A program made the translations under genes and the position numbers. From an uncultured delta proteobacterium (GTDB lineage: Bacteria; Myxococcota; Kuafuiibacteriia; Kuafuiibacteriales; Kuafuiibacteriaceae), in assembly GCA_963803435.1 (NCBI GenBank), contig CAWDML010000003.1, positions 1,024,001 to 1,088,000 on the forward strand: DNA of 64,000 nt, given 5' to 3'. How positions within the stretch are numbered: the first letter of the stretch is position 1; each line of letters begins with the position of its first letter. The notes beneath the pieces are model-generated. The model searched no databases. It was not told where the DNA came from and was given only the letters and a program-made list of their open reading frames with translations. This document shows, one piece after another, positions 20,494 to 29,693 of the stretch.

Positions 20494-21873
20494 CTAGAAG
20501 CGATACGCGACCGCTAGAGTGCTCTTGAGCTCGAGCAGACCGAGCGCAGCGTTCTCGAGATCTTGCTCGCCAGGCGGAACGGCCCGGGTGGGACGCTCCG
20601 AAAACGCCACACGGTCGAACCCGAGGCGGCTGTCCAGCGAGAGCCCGAGGCCGGCGAAGAGCCACACGCGGACGGCGAAGCGGCCGCCGGCGGTGAAGCC
20701 GCCCCGGCTCCTCCCCGTGTCGGTCGGACGCTCCCGGTAGAGCGGGATGTAGCCGCCGTGCCCGCCCGCCTCGATCTCGAGCACGCGACCGATCGGGATT
20801 CGGAGCGACAGGGCCGCGACGACCGCGAGGGCGGTGGCTTCGGGGATGACGTCGAGCGGGTGTTCCTCGACCGAGGCGATCGAGAGGTGGGCGCCGAGTC
20901 CGGGGATCAGCACCGGCGCGTCGGCGGCGCCGAACGCGAACGGATAGATGATCAGCGCGAACATGTCGAAGATGGTGCCGCGCGGCCGGCTCGAGCCCTC
21001 ACCGGTGTCGATGGCGTAGCGGACCGGTTGCAGCCCGAGGTCGACAGCGACGCCGAGGCCGGCGTCGGGGATCACGAACTCGCCGCCGAGCTCGAACAGC
21101 GAGGTGGGCCCGAGGCGATAGGACAGCGACGAGTCGCCAATCGCCTCGGCGGTGACCTGCACCGAGCGGATCCAGCCGGAGCCGGCGCCCAGGCGGACGC
21201 GGCCGAGGGCGGTGCGCGACACCGGCGCGTCGGGCTCGGGGTCGGGCTCGGGCTCCGGCTCGGGGGCGACGATCCGCTCGAGCGGCGGCGGGGGATCGGA
21301 GGCGGCCAGCTCGACCGGCTCCGGCGGTGGTGGATCCGGCGGGGGATCATCCGCGATCTCGGGCTCGGGCTCGGGCTCGGGCTCGCGGTCGGCGATGGGG
21401 ATCGGTGGCGCGTCGCTGGTCTCGGGGGCCTCGGGTGAGATGCGCGCGAGCGCCTCGGCTGCGATCGCCTCGGCCGCCGCCCCGGCTCCACCGCGCCCGT
21501 AGCGCCGGGCGAATCGCAGCGACACCACGCCCGTGTCGGCGTCGATCAGCCGGGCCTTGACCGTGAACGGCGGATCGCCGGTCACCTTGGCGAGGGAGAC
21601 CAACAGGAGCCAGCGCGCCCCGGCGGTCCGGGCTGCCTTTGCAAGATAGCCTGCATTGCGCGCCTTCTTGCCGCGAAGACGCAGCCGCCGCTTCCGGATC
21701 GCGAAGTCACCCTGCGGTATCAGGGCGACCTTGCCGGCCAGCGTGCCCTCCAGCGTGGACTGGACCTTGTCGCGGCCCAGCCGCTCCGGGCCGATGGTCT
21801 CGACCACCCAGCGGCCCGCGTCCGGAACGGCGGCCATCAAGACCACCACGGCGCTCCACACGAAACCGGCCAT
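20494..21873 (-). CDS. putative outer-membrane protein with Pro/Glu-rich linker
   Basis: Signal-like N-terminus, PEPEPEP linker, amphipathic beta-strands ending AVAYRF. Start is uncertain (21873 or 21885). Confidence 0.65.
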   Translation of the reverse strand: MAGFVWSAVVVLMAAVPDAGRWVVETIGPERLGRDKVQSTLEGTLAGKVALIPQGDFAIRKRRLRLRGKKARNAGYLAKAARTAGARWLLLVSLAKVTGDPPFTVKARLIDADTGVVSLRFARRYGRGGAGAAAEAIAAEALARISPEAPETSDAPPIPIADREPEPEPEPEIADDPPPDPPPPEPVELAASDPPPPLERIVAPEPEPEPDPEPDAPVSRTALGRVRLGAGSGWIRSVQVTAEAIGDSSLSYRLGPTSLFELGGEFVIPDAGLGVAVDLGLQPVRYAIDTGEGSSRPRGTIFDMFALIIYPFAFGAADAPVLIPGLGAHLSIASVEEHPLDVIPEATALAVVAALSLRIPIGRVLEIEAGGHGGYIPLYRERPTDTGRSRGGFTAGGRFAVRVWLFAGLGLSLDSRLGFDRVAFSERPTRAVPPGEQDLENAALGLLELKSTLAVAYRF

Positions 21874-21941
21874 GAAGTCGTGCATTGTACGACGGAACCG
21901 CACGTCGCATCCCGCCCGGACTCTCACTACCATCCGCGGTC

Positions 21942-23288
21942 GTGCTGCGGTTCATCTGGCCGGCCGCGCTCCTGTTGGGCTGCGTGCCCGAGGGAATCCA
22001 GTATCCGAACCCCACCGACGGGGGAACGTCGCCCGACGCCGAGACGATGGTCGACGGGGACGCAGGTCCACCCGGCGACAGCGGTGGGGTCCCGGACAGC
22101 GGTCCGGCCGGCCAGCTCGTGATCCGCGCGGGCGGCGTGCCGGTCGATCCCGGCGGCACCTTCGACTTCGGCCCCCTCGGCGTGGGCGGTACGCGCACCG
22201 TGGTGTTCACGATCGACAACGGTACCGCGGCGGCGGTGACGCTGACCGGCTCGCCGCCGGTCGCGATCTCTGGGGCTGGGGCCGCCGCCTTCACGGCGAC
22301 GCCGCCGTCGGCCACCTCCGTCGCCCCGGGCGCGAGCGCCGACTTCTCCATCGCCGCCGCACCGACCGCCACCGGTCCGCTCTCCGCGGCGGTCAGCGTC
22401 GCCTACGACGGCGGCGCCTACGACTTCAGTGTCTCGGTGACGGGACGCCCGCCGGGCGTCTGGGTGGGCGTCGGCAACAACGGCCGGCGCGCGCTGTCCC
22501 TCGACGGCGCCGCCTGGTCGAACGAGCAGACGTTCGGCGGCAGCGACGACTCGAACCTGTTCCGGACCGTCGGCTTCGGCAACGGCGTGTTCGTCGCCGC
22601 TGGCGGCGGGCAGAACGGCCTCCTGTATTGGAGCGAGAACGGCGTCGACTGGACCGACGCCAGCGACACGCTGGGATGGTTCGGCGGGATCGCGTTCGGC
22701 AACGGAATGTTCCTGGCCGTGGGGTCGAATGGGCGCTATCTCACCAGCACCAACGGCAAGAGCTGGGGCGGCGGGGATCGCGACTTCGCGCAGCACTTCC
22801 GCGCCGTCGCGTTCGGCAACGGGGAGTTCGTGCTGGTGGGCGACGAGGGTCGGCGCACCAGCACCACGAACGGCGCCGACTTCACACCGACCGTGCTGGG
22901 CGGTGATCGACTCACGGCGGTCGTCTACACCGGCGATCGATTCGTGGCGGTGGGCCTCAACGGCCGCCGCGTGGTCTCGATGGACGGCGAGAGCTGGATG
23001 TTCGATCAGATCGCCACCGACGGGCTTGGGTTCTTCGACGTGGCCTATGGCAACGGTCGCGTCATCGCCGTCGGCGGCATTGGCGTGGTGGTATCGGAGG
23101 ACGGCGGCGAGACGTGGACGCAGGATCGCGGCGCTCCGCTCATGAACGCGTTGACCTACGGCAACGGACAGTTCGTCGGCACGGGCGACTTCGACGGGGT
23201 TGTCTTCACCTCGGGCGACGGCGTCAGCTGGACCCGCCACGACAACGCGGGCCCCGCCGGGTTCACCAAGATCGCCTACGGTGAGTGA
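21942..23288 (+). CDS. lipoprotein with Ig-like (choice-of-anchor D/ASH-like) domain and G-N-G-x-F-V-A-V-G beta-propeller repeats
   Basis: Lipobox LLGC; FDFGPLGVGGTRTVVFTIDNG domain; repeated FGNGxFVAVG...S.DG..W blades. Confidence 0.75.
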   Translation: MLRFIWPAALLLGCVPEGIQYPNPTDGGTSPDAETMVDGDAGPPGDSGGVPDSGPAGQLVIRAGGVPVDPGGTFDFGPLGVGGTRTVVFTIDNGTAAAVTLTGSPPVAISGAGAAAFTATPPSATSVAPGASADFSIAAAPTATGPLSAAVSVAYDGGAYDFSVSVTGRPPGVWVGVGNNGRRALSLDGAAWSNEQTFGGSDDSNLFRTVGFGNGVFVAAGGGQNGLLYWSENGVDWTDASDTLGWFGGIAFGNGMFLAVGSNGRYLTSTNGKSWGGGDRDFAQHFRAVAFGNGEFVLVGDEGRRTSTTNGADFTPTVLGGDRLTAVVYTGDRFVAVGLNGRRVVSMDGESWMFDQIATDGLGFFDVAYGNGRVIAVGGIGVVVSEDGGETWTQDRGAPLMNALTYGNGQFVGTGDFDGVVFTSGDGVSWTRHDNAGPAGFTKIAYGE

Positions 23289-24808
23289 GCCGCCAGCGGG
23301 GGGATGCCGTCCGCCGACAGCAGCTGCCGCTTCAAGCGCTTGGCCACGAAGATGCCGAGCGGGATCAGGAGCACGGTGCCGGCGGCCGCGGTCGACAGCT
23401 CGACGCGGATCGGGATGAAGCGCCGGAGCAGGTAGGGGAGGCCGGCGCCGAGGAATGCCAGCACGAAGCCGAGCAGGGTCCACTTGGCGTCGCCCTTGGC
23501 CGCCGGGATCCCGTGGCGGCGCAGCTGCAGGACGACCACGATCTGCCCGCACATCGAGCCCATGCCCATGCCCACCAGGAAGCCGCCCAGTCCGAACAGG
23601 TGGAACAGCCCGAGCGCCGAGCACGCCGATACGGTCAGCTTGATGAGGTTGGCGAAGGCCTGGCTCTGGGCGTCACCGACCGCCAGCAGCGCCTTCGAGT
23701 GGGCCTCCTGAAGGTGGAGGAACCAGGTCCCGATCATCGCGATCTGCACCATCCAGCCGGCGTCGAGATAGCGATTGTCGTAGAAGACCCAGTAGAAGGC
23801 CGGGGCGAAGAACACCATCCCGAGGATCGCGAACAGCCCCGCCGAGAGGACCAGCTTCTGGCCGTGGAGGAAGTACGCGTTGAGCGTCGCCGGATCCTTG
23901 CGGGCGCCTTCCGAGAGCGCGGGCAGGAGCACCGAGCCCACCACCATGCCGGCGACCTCGATCGGGATGAACGCGAGCGTGGCGGCCAGGTAATAGACGC
24001 CGACGTCGCCGAGGTTGAGGAGCTTGCCGAGGAGCAGGTAGTCGAGGCGGTTCGCGAGATACGTGACCAGCGTGGAGAGGAAGATCCACTTGCCGAAGCC
24101 GAAGATCGCCCGCGCCGCCTCCGGCTCGAGCTGGAAGCGGTTGCGGATGCCGGGGAGGATCGTGTGCGTGAGCATCGTGCGCACGCCCGCCGCGGTGACC
24201 GAGCCGACCACGAGCGCCCAGACGCTCCGGTAGACATACGCGAACGAGATCATGACCACCATCGCGCACGCCTGGCTGGTCATCTCGACGGCGACCACCC
24301 GCCCGAGCCGGATCTTCCGTCGCATGCTGGCGATGTTGGTGGAGTCGAACCCGTTGAAGAGGGCCGAGATGCAGGCCACCGGGGCCAACGTGAGCAGGTT
24401 GGGCTGCTCGTAGAAGAGGGAGAGCGGGTACGCGAAGAGGAGGCCGAGGAGCAAGAGCGACACACCCCGCATGACCTGGATCGTCCAGGCCGTGTTGAGG
24501 AAGACCGGCTCGTCGCCCCGCTTGTGCTGGATGATGTTCGGCAGGATCCCGACGTCGGAGATCATGCTCAGACCCATGACGAGGAAGTTCACCATCGTCA
24601 TCAGGCCGAACGCCTCCGGGAACAGGAGGCGCGACAGGACCATGTTGCTGATCAACCGCAGCATCTTGCTGCCGCCCTGGCCGAAGAGGCTGATCAGGGT
24701 GCCCCGGATGACCCGCTGCTTGATGTTCTCCTTGGGGGCTTCGACGACGACCGGGGTGGGAGGATCCAACACCGCAGGCTGATCGAAGGGGTCGGGGGCG
24801 CTGCTCAT
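23276..24808 (-). CDS. wzx: Wzx-type oligosaccharide flippase (PST/MOP family)
   Basis: LSRLLFPEAFGL, SDVGI, NTAWT, SVWALVVG, IFGFGKW, DYLLLGKLL..VGVY; multiple TM helices. Confidence 0.88.
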   Translation of the reverse strand: MSSAPDPFDQPAVLDPPTPVVVEAPKENIKQRVIRGTLISLFGQGGSKMLRLISNMVLSRLLFPEAFGLMTMVNFLVMGLSMISDVGILPNIIQHKRGDEPVFLNTAWTIQVMRGVSLLLLGLLFAYPLSLFYEQPNLLTLAPVACISALFNGFDSTNIASMRRKIRLGRVVAVEMTSQACAMVVMISFAYVYRSVWALVVGSVTAAGVRTMLTHTILPGIRNRFQLEPEAARAIFGFGKWIFLSTLVTYLANRLDYLLLGKLLNLGDVGVYYLAATLAFIPIEVAGMVVGSVLLPALSEGARKDPATLNAYFLHGQKLVLSAGLFAILGMVFFAPAFYWVFYDNRYLDAGWMVQIAMIGTWFLHLQEAHSKALLAVGDAQSQAFANLIKLTVSACSALGLFHLFGLGGFLVGMGMGSMCGQIVVVLQLRRHGIPAAKGDAKWTLLGFVLAFLGAGLPYLLRRFIPIRVELSTAAAGTVLLIPLGIFVAKRLKRQLLSADGIPPLAAHSP

Positions 24809-24895
24809 TCCTCGTTACAACCGCGCTCGGCGCCGGTGCGCTTCGCGTGGCCTCAACAATGACAGACAGGACCTCGGGATCCCAGCGGCGAATCG

Positions 24896-26248
24896 CTACA
24901 GACCTGCGAGCGGTCCCGTCGGAAGACCGGCCGGCCCAAACGAGGTGTCGGGGAAGCCGAAGGCGTTGAGCACCGATGTGTAGAGCTGCATCGTGTCGTG
25001 CTGGCTCACGGTGTCGTAGTTATTGGCAGGGTGATTGATGAAACGACCCGTGGGTACGCCGGGGTTACCGGCCAGGAGGATCGCAAGGTTGTTGCGGTTA
25101 TGGACCGAGCCGTCGCCGAAGTCGCTCAACCAGAGAACATAGGTCGAGTCGAGCAGGGTCCCGTTGTCGTCGGTGACCGCCGCCAGACGATCGAGCAGCA
25201 TACGGAACATCTCGGTATAGAACCGGAATCCTACCTGCAGGGCGGCTTCGCTCTGCCCCTGGTGAACCATCGTGTGCCAGGTGTCATAGCCGGGCTGGAG
25301 GATCGGCCCGCCGTTGTAGCTCAACCATGGGAACCGGGGATCCTGCCCGGTGCCGAAGTAGACCGTCCCGACGTGGGTGCGCCCGCACGCGAACGCCATG
25401 GTCATGAGCTCGATCATGAGGGGCGCGGTGACGTTGTCGTCGACCGGGAAGTTGTAGCCCGCCGGCGGATCGATCACGGGCAGCGCGCAAGCGTTGCTGA
25501 CCGGGGCCTGGGTCAGCCGGTGCTCGAGGCTGCGCACCTTCTCGGCATGGGCGTCGAGGCGCTCGCGGTCCTCGGCGCCGACATGGCTGCGGAGGCTGTC
25601 GAAGCTCCCCTTCACGGCGTCGAGCACGCTCTGGCGCCGCATCCGGAGCCGGGCCAGCGCCGGGTCCTCCATCCCGTCGGGCGCGAACCCGCCGAAGACG
25701 CGATCGAACGCCACGCGCGGGTCGGCCAGGCTGGTCACCGGATCGTTGGCGCCGTAGTGGAAGATGCCGCTCCGGATGGTGTTACCCACGGTGCCGTCCA
25801 TCCCCACCGCCAGGTTGATCGAAGAGAACGGGACGTCGCCTCCGAGACGATTGGCGAGCTCCTGATCGAGCGAGATCCAATCCGACAGCCCCTGCCAGGG
25901 CTCGGCGTTGCCATAGCCGCCGCCGGTCATGAGGTTGTTGCGGGCCTTGTTGTGATCGTCGCCCGTGGTGAGACGGTGCGCGGCTCCGTTGCCCACGCCG
26001 TGGACCACGATGACGCGATCCTTCACCTCGTTGAGCGGCTCGAGCAGGTAGGGCAGGGTGAAGTCGGTCTCGCTGCCCGAGGGCCGCCAGCTCCGCATCA
26101 CCGTCCCCTGGTGATGGAAGAAGACGAGCAGGCGTTTCGGTGTCCGCGTCTGGGCGAACGCCTTCGCCGGACGCATGACGTCGAGGAACGGCAGCGCCAG
26201 CGTCGCGCCTCCGATCCCGCGAAGGAGGGTCCTGCGGGTGATCTTCAC
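24896..26248 (-). CDS. DUF1552 family protein (Tat-exported)
   Basis: TRRTLLRG Tat signal, LALPFL, SLDQELA, DPRVAFDRVFG, SVLDAV, RLDAH, NGTLLDST. Confidence 0.88.
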   Translation of the reverse strand: MKITRRTLLRGIGGATLALPFLDVMRPAKAFAQTRTPKRLLVFFHHQGTVMRSWRPSGSETDFTLPYLLEPLNEVKDRVIVVHGVGNGAAHRLTTGDDHNKARNNLMTGGGYGNAEPWQGLSDWISLDQELANRLGGDVPFSSINLAVGMDGTVGNTIRSGIFHYGANDPVTSLADPRVAFDRVFGGFAPDGMEDPALARLRMRRQSVLDAVKGSFDSLRSHVGAEDRERLDAHAEKVRSLEHRLTQAPVSNACALPVIDPPAGYNFPVDDNVTAPLMIELMTMAFACGRTHVGTVYFGTGQDPRFPWLSYNGGPILQPGYDTWHTMVHQGQSEAALQVGFRFYTEMFRMLLDRLAAVTDDNGTLLDSTYVLWLSDFGDGSVHNRNNLAILLAGNPGVPTGRFINHPANNYDTVSQHDTMQLYTSVLNAFGFPDTSFGPAGLPTGPLAGL

Positions 26249-28233
26249 TGAGCGGTCCTCCGGTAGCGGAACGCGTCGCTCTCGACGATCCCGAGCATCA
26301 GATCCTGAACGTTGCCTCCGTTGCCGGTGAAGCGCTGCTGCACGCGCGAGAGGCTGCAGTCACCTTCGGTCTCCACGCGGCCGATCGCGTAGCGGTACCA
26401 CTGCGCAGCGTAGCAGTCGCGGACGACCGAGGACTCCACCAGCCGGTCCGTGAGGTCGAGGGCGTCCTCGAACTCGATCGACAGATCCTGGTACGCGCCG
26501 TAGGTGTCGATGTCTCGGCCGTTGGCGTAGACGTCGCGGAACTGGCCGATGCCGTCGTAGCGCTCGAACGCGAAGCCCAGCGGATCGATCTTGTCGTGAC
26601 AGGCGGCGCAGGCCGCCTCCTGGCGGTGCATCGCGAAGCGTTCGCGGATGGTGGAGCCGTCGATCTGCGGGATCTCGCCGGCCACCAGGCCCGGCGGGAT
26701 CACCAGGTCCTGACACAGCATGTTGCGGATGACGAAGACGCCGCGCGCGATCGGCGCAGAGGAGGCGTCGTGCGCGTGCTTGGTGAGAAAGGCGGCGCGC
26801 GTGAGCAGGCCGGAGCGCTCGTCGTTCGGCAGCGTGACCTCGCGGAAGTCCCCCGGTCCGCTCGAGCCGGAGTCGACGCCGTAGATCGGATCGAGCAGCG
26901 TGTCGCTGAACGACGTCCGCGTGGTCAGCAGATCGGTGAGGTTGCCGTTCTTGGTGAACACGACGTCGGCCACCACCCGATCGATCTCCTGAACCATGGA
27001 GCGCGCGAGCGCGGGCGAATAGGTGGGATAGACCGACGCGTCCTTCTGGAGCTCGTCGAGCGCGAAGAGCCGCAGCCAGTCGCGGTGGAAGGCGGCCACC
27101 ACCTCCTTGGCCCGTGGGTCGGCGATCATGCGCTCGGCCTGGCCAGCCAGGACGTCCGGATCGGTGAGGCTGCCGTCGGCCGCGAGCGCGAAGAGGGCCT
27201 CGTCCGGCATGGTGTTCCAGAAGAAGTAGGAGAGCCGCTGCGCCACGGCGTAGGCGTCGACCGCCTCCACGCCCTCGCCGGCCGGGGTGCCGTCGAGGTC
27301 GTCGATGTAGAGGAACTGCGGAGACTGGAGGGCCGTCTCGATGATCATGCCGACCTTCTCGGGCAGGTCGAAGTCCGGCAGCTGATAGATCGACATGAGG
27401 ATCGCCCGCTCTTCGTCGCGGAGCGGGTGGCGATACGCGTGGAGCCCGAACCGATCGACGAAGGCAGCCACGCACTCCGCCTCGCTCTGCCCGGTGGCGC
27501 ACTCGAGCAGCCCGCCCAGATCCTGCGTGGCCTGGGCGGAGATCGACTCGGCGGACAGCAGGATGTCCTCGGCCTTCGACTCGGACACGATGTTCGCGTT
27601 GATGAACGTGGTGAAGCCGGCGGTGATGAGCGTCTCGGGGAAGAGCCCGGCGGGATCGACGCGGCCGGCGAACAGATCCCGGACCGTGTTCTCGTACTGG
27701 ATGGAGGTCAGCGGGCGGAGCGGGCTCTCGCCGGGGTGCGGACCCGGAGTGGTGCACTCGTTCGGGGCCTCGCCGACGTAGCACTCTTCGGGGTGGTCGA
27801 ACCGGAAGACCAGCTCTTGCATCTCTTGAAACCGGTCGTCCTCCACCGGGAAGCGCCGCCCGCCGCCGTGGGAGACGGACAGCGTCGGCTTGAGCAGGAT
27901 GATCGACATGCCGTCGACCGCGTTCTCGGCCACCGACTTCAGGGTCTCGTAGTTGTGCGCCAGGTAGTCGGGCTGATCGGGCAGCTCGAGGATCAGCCGC
28001 GTCTGCCCGGCGAAGCCGCCCATGTGGTGGCAGTTCATGCAGTCGGGCTCCAGGATCTGCGCCGAGATCACGTCGCGGAAGAAGTCCTGGTTCGTGGGAC
28101 AGGGGCGATCCGTGGCGTCGATGGGGCCCGTGATCCGCTCGGCGACCCAGCAGCCTGTGAGCGAGATCAGGAGCAGCGAAACGGCGCGCCTCAAACTGCG
28201 CGGATGGTATCGCCTCCCCTCTTCGAGAACCAA
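26245..28233 (-). CDS. DUF1592/DUF1588 (PSD-type) c-type cytochrome lipoprotein
   Basis: Lipobox LTGC; CMNCH; LRPLTSIQYENTVRDL; LQSPQFLY; RLSYFFWNTMPD; RSGLLT; PIARG; CAACHDKIDPLGFAFE. Start uncertain. Confidence 0.88.
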   Translation of the reverse strand: MVLEEGRRYHPRSLRRAVSLLLISLTGCWVAERITGPIDATDRPCPTNQDFFRDVISAQILEPDCMNCHHMGGFAGQTRLILELPDQPDYLAHNYETLKSVAENAVDGMSIILLKPTLSVSHGGGRRFPVEDDRFQEMQELVFRFDHPEECYVGEAPNECTTPGPHPGESPLRPLTSIQYENTVRDLFAGRVDPAGLFPETLITAGFTTFINANIVSESKAEDILLSAESISAQATQDLGGLLECATGQSEAECVAAFVDRFGLHAYRHPLRDEERAILMSIYQLPDFDLPEKVGMIIETALQSPQFLYIDDLDGTPAGEGVEAVDAYAVAQRLSYFFWNTMPDEALFALAADGSLTDPDVLAGQAERMIADPRAKEVVAAFHRDWLRLFALDELQKDASVYPTYSPALARSMVQEIDRVVADVVFTKNGNLTDLLTTRTSFSDTLLDPIYGVDSGSSGPGDFREVTLPNDERSGLLTRAAFLTKHAHDASSAPIARGVFVIRNMLCQDLVIPPGLVAGEIPQIDGSTIRERFAMHRQEAACAACHDKIDPLGFAFERYDGIGQFRDVYANGRDIDTYGAYQDLSIEFEDALDLTDRLVESSVVRDCYAAQWYRYAIGRVETEGDCSLSRVQQRFTGNGGNVQDLMLGIVESDAFRYRRTAQ

Positions 28234-28304
28234 CGTTCCAAAACCCGTGTGGGGAACGGGCGGGCGTGGGTCGGAGTGACGACGGTCGAGTAACCGATGA
28301 GGCG

Positions 28305-29645
28305 CTACGCGAGGGCCTCGCCCGGCGTGAACAGCGCGCTGTGGAGGCTCCTGACGGCCTTACCGATCTCGGCGTCGTCGATCAGGAGCCCGATGTTGAT
28401 GTTGTTGGCGCCGTGGGAAACCATCTCGACGTTCACGCCGGCGTCGCGAAGCGCCCCAAAGACGCGCGCTCCGAGGCCGGTCTGGTGTTTCACATTGCGA
28501 CCGACGATCGAGACGATCGTCTTGTCCCGCGCCACCGTGACCCGCCCGTGCTGCGACAGCGCGTCCTGCAGCTCCTGAAGATCCGTGAGCATGGGCGTCG
28601 TCATGGACACCGAGATGTGTGAGGTCGAGATCATGTCGACGTCGATCCGGAGGCGTCCCATGATCTCGAAGACGCGGGCCAGGAACCCGTGCTGGCCGAG
28701 CATCGTCGGATTCTCGATGGTGATCACCCACTGCCGCTCCTTGTAGGCGATCGAGGTGATCGGATCGGTGGCCTCACCGCCGTCCACCGTGATCACCGTG
28801 CCCGGGTGATGGGGGCGGTTGGTGTTGAGGACACGGACCGGCACGTTCCTCTCGACGGCGGGCAAGAGCGTGCTGGGGTGGAGGACGCGGCCGCCGTACT
28901 GCGCCAGCTCGCTGGCCTCGGCGAAGCTCATCCGCGGGATGCTGCGGGCGCTCGGGATCAAGCTCGGATCCGCGGTCATCACGCCGTCGGTGTCGGTCCA
29001 GATCTCGCACTCCTCGGCGCCGAGGGCCGCGGCGAACACGGTGGCGGTGTAGTCGCTGCCGTTGCGACCGACCGTGGTGATCTCGCCGCTGTGCGTCTTG
29101 CCGATGAACCCCGTGACGATCGGGACCATACCCGCCCCCACCTTCTCCTGGTACGCGGTGCGCATCAGCTGCTCGTGACCCTTGATCGGTCGCGCCTGGC
29201 CGAAGGTCTCCCCGGTGATGAAGCCCAGCTCGAACGCATCGAAGGCCCGAGCCGCCATGCCCTGCGCAGAGAAGAAGGCGGCGATCACCCGTGTGCTGAG
29301 GCGCTCACCGAAGCTCTGCACGAAGTCGAGGACGCGAGGGCTGACCTCCCGGACCAACGAGATGCCGCGCAGGACGTCCTCGAGCTCCCGGTAGAAGCCG
29401 TCGAGCATCGTCGGGTCGACACCGAGGGTCTCGACGACCCGGCGCTGGCGATCGATGATCGGTGCGGCATCCGGATCGCCCTTGGCGGCGCGGCGGGCGG
29501 CGCCGATCAACAGATCGGTCACGCCTTTGTGGGCGGAGCACACGACCAGCGGCCTTCGGGAGGCGCGCCCCTTCACGATCTCGAAGACCTTTTGGATCTG
29601 CTCTGCGTCCGCGACGCTCGAGCCGCCAAACTTCATGACCAGCAT
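28305..29645 (-). CDS. lysC: aspartate kinase
   Basis: [44 protein letters not shown]-terminal ACT domains. Confidence 0.95.
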   Translation of the reverse strand: MLVMKFGGSSVADAEQIQKVFEIVKGRASRRPLVVCSAHKGVTDLLIGAARRAAKGDPDAAPIIDRQRRVVETLGVDPTMLDGFYRELEDVLRGISLVREVSPRVLDFVQSFGERLSTRVIAAFFSAQGMAARAFDAFELGFITGETFGQARPIKGHEQLMRTAYQEKVGAGMVPIVTGFIGKTHSGEITTVGRNGSDYTATVFAAALGAEECEIWTDTDGVMTADPSLIPSARSIPRMSFAEASELAQYGGRVLHPSTLLPAVERNVPVRVLNTNRPHHPGTVITVDGGEATDPITSIAYKERQWVITIENPTMLGQHGFLARVFEIMGRLRIDVDMISTSHISVSMTTPMLTDLQELQDALSQHGRVTVARDKTIVSIVGRNVKHQTGLGARVFGALRDAGVNVEMVSHGANNINIGLLIDDAEIGKAVRSLHSALFTPGEALA

Positions 29646-29693
29646 GGCCCGGACTAGCAATGCCGCGATGCCGTGCGTCAAGACGGTGCTGGC

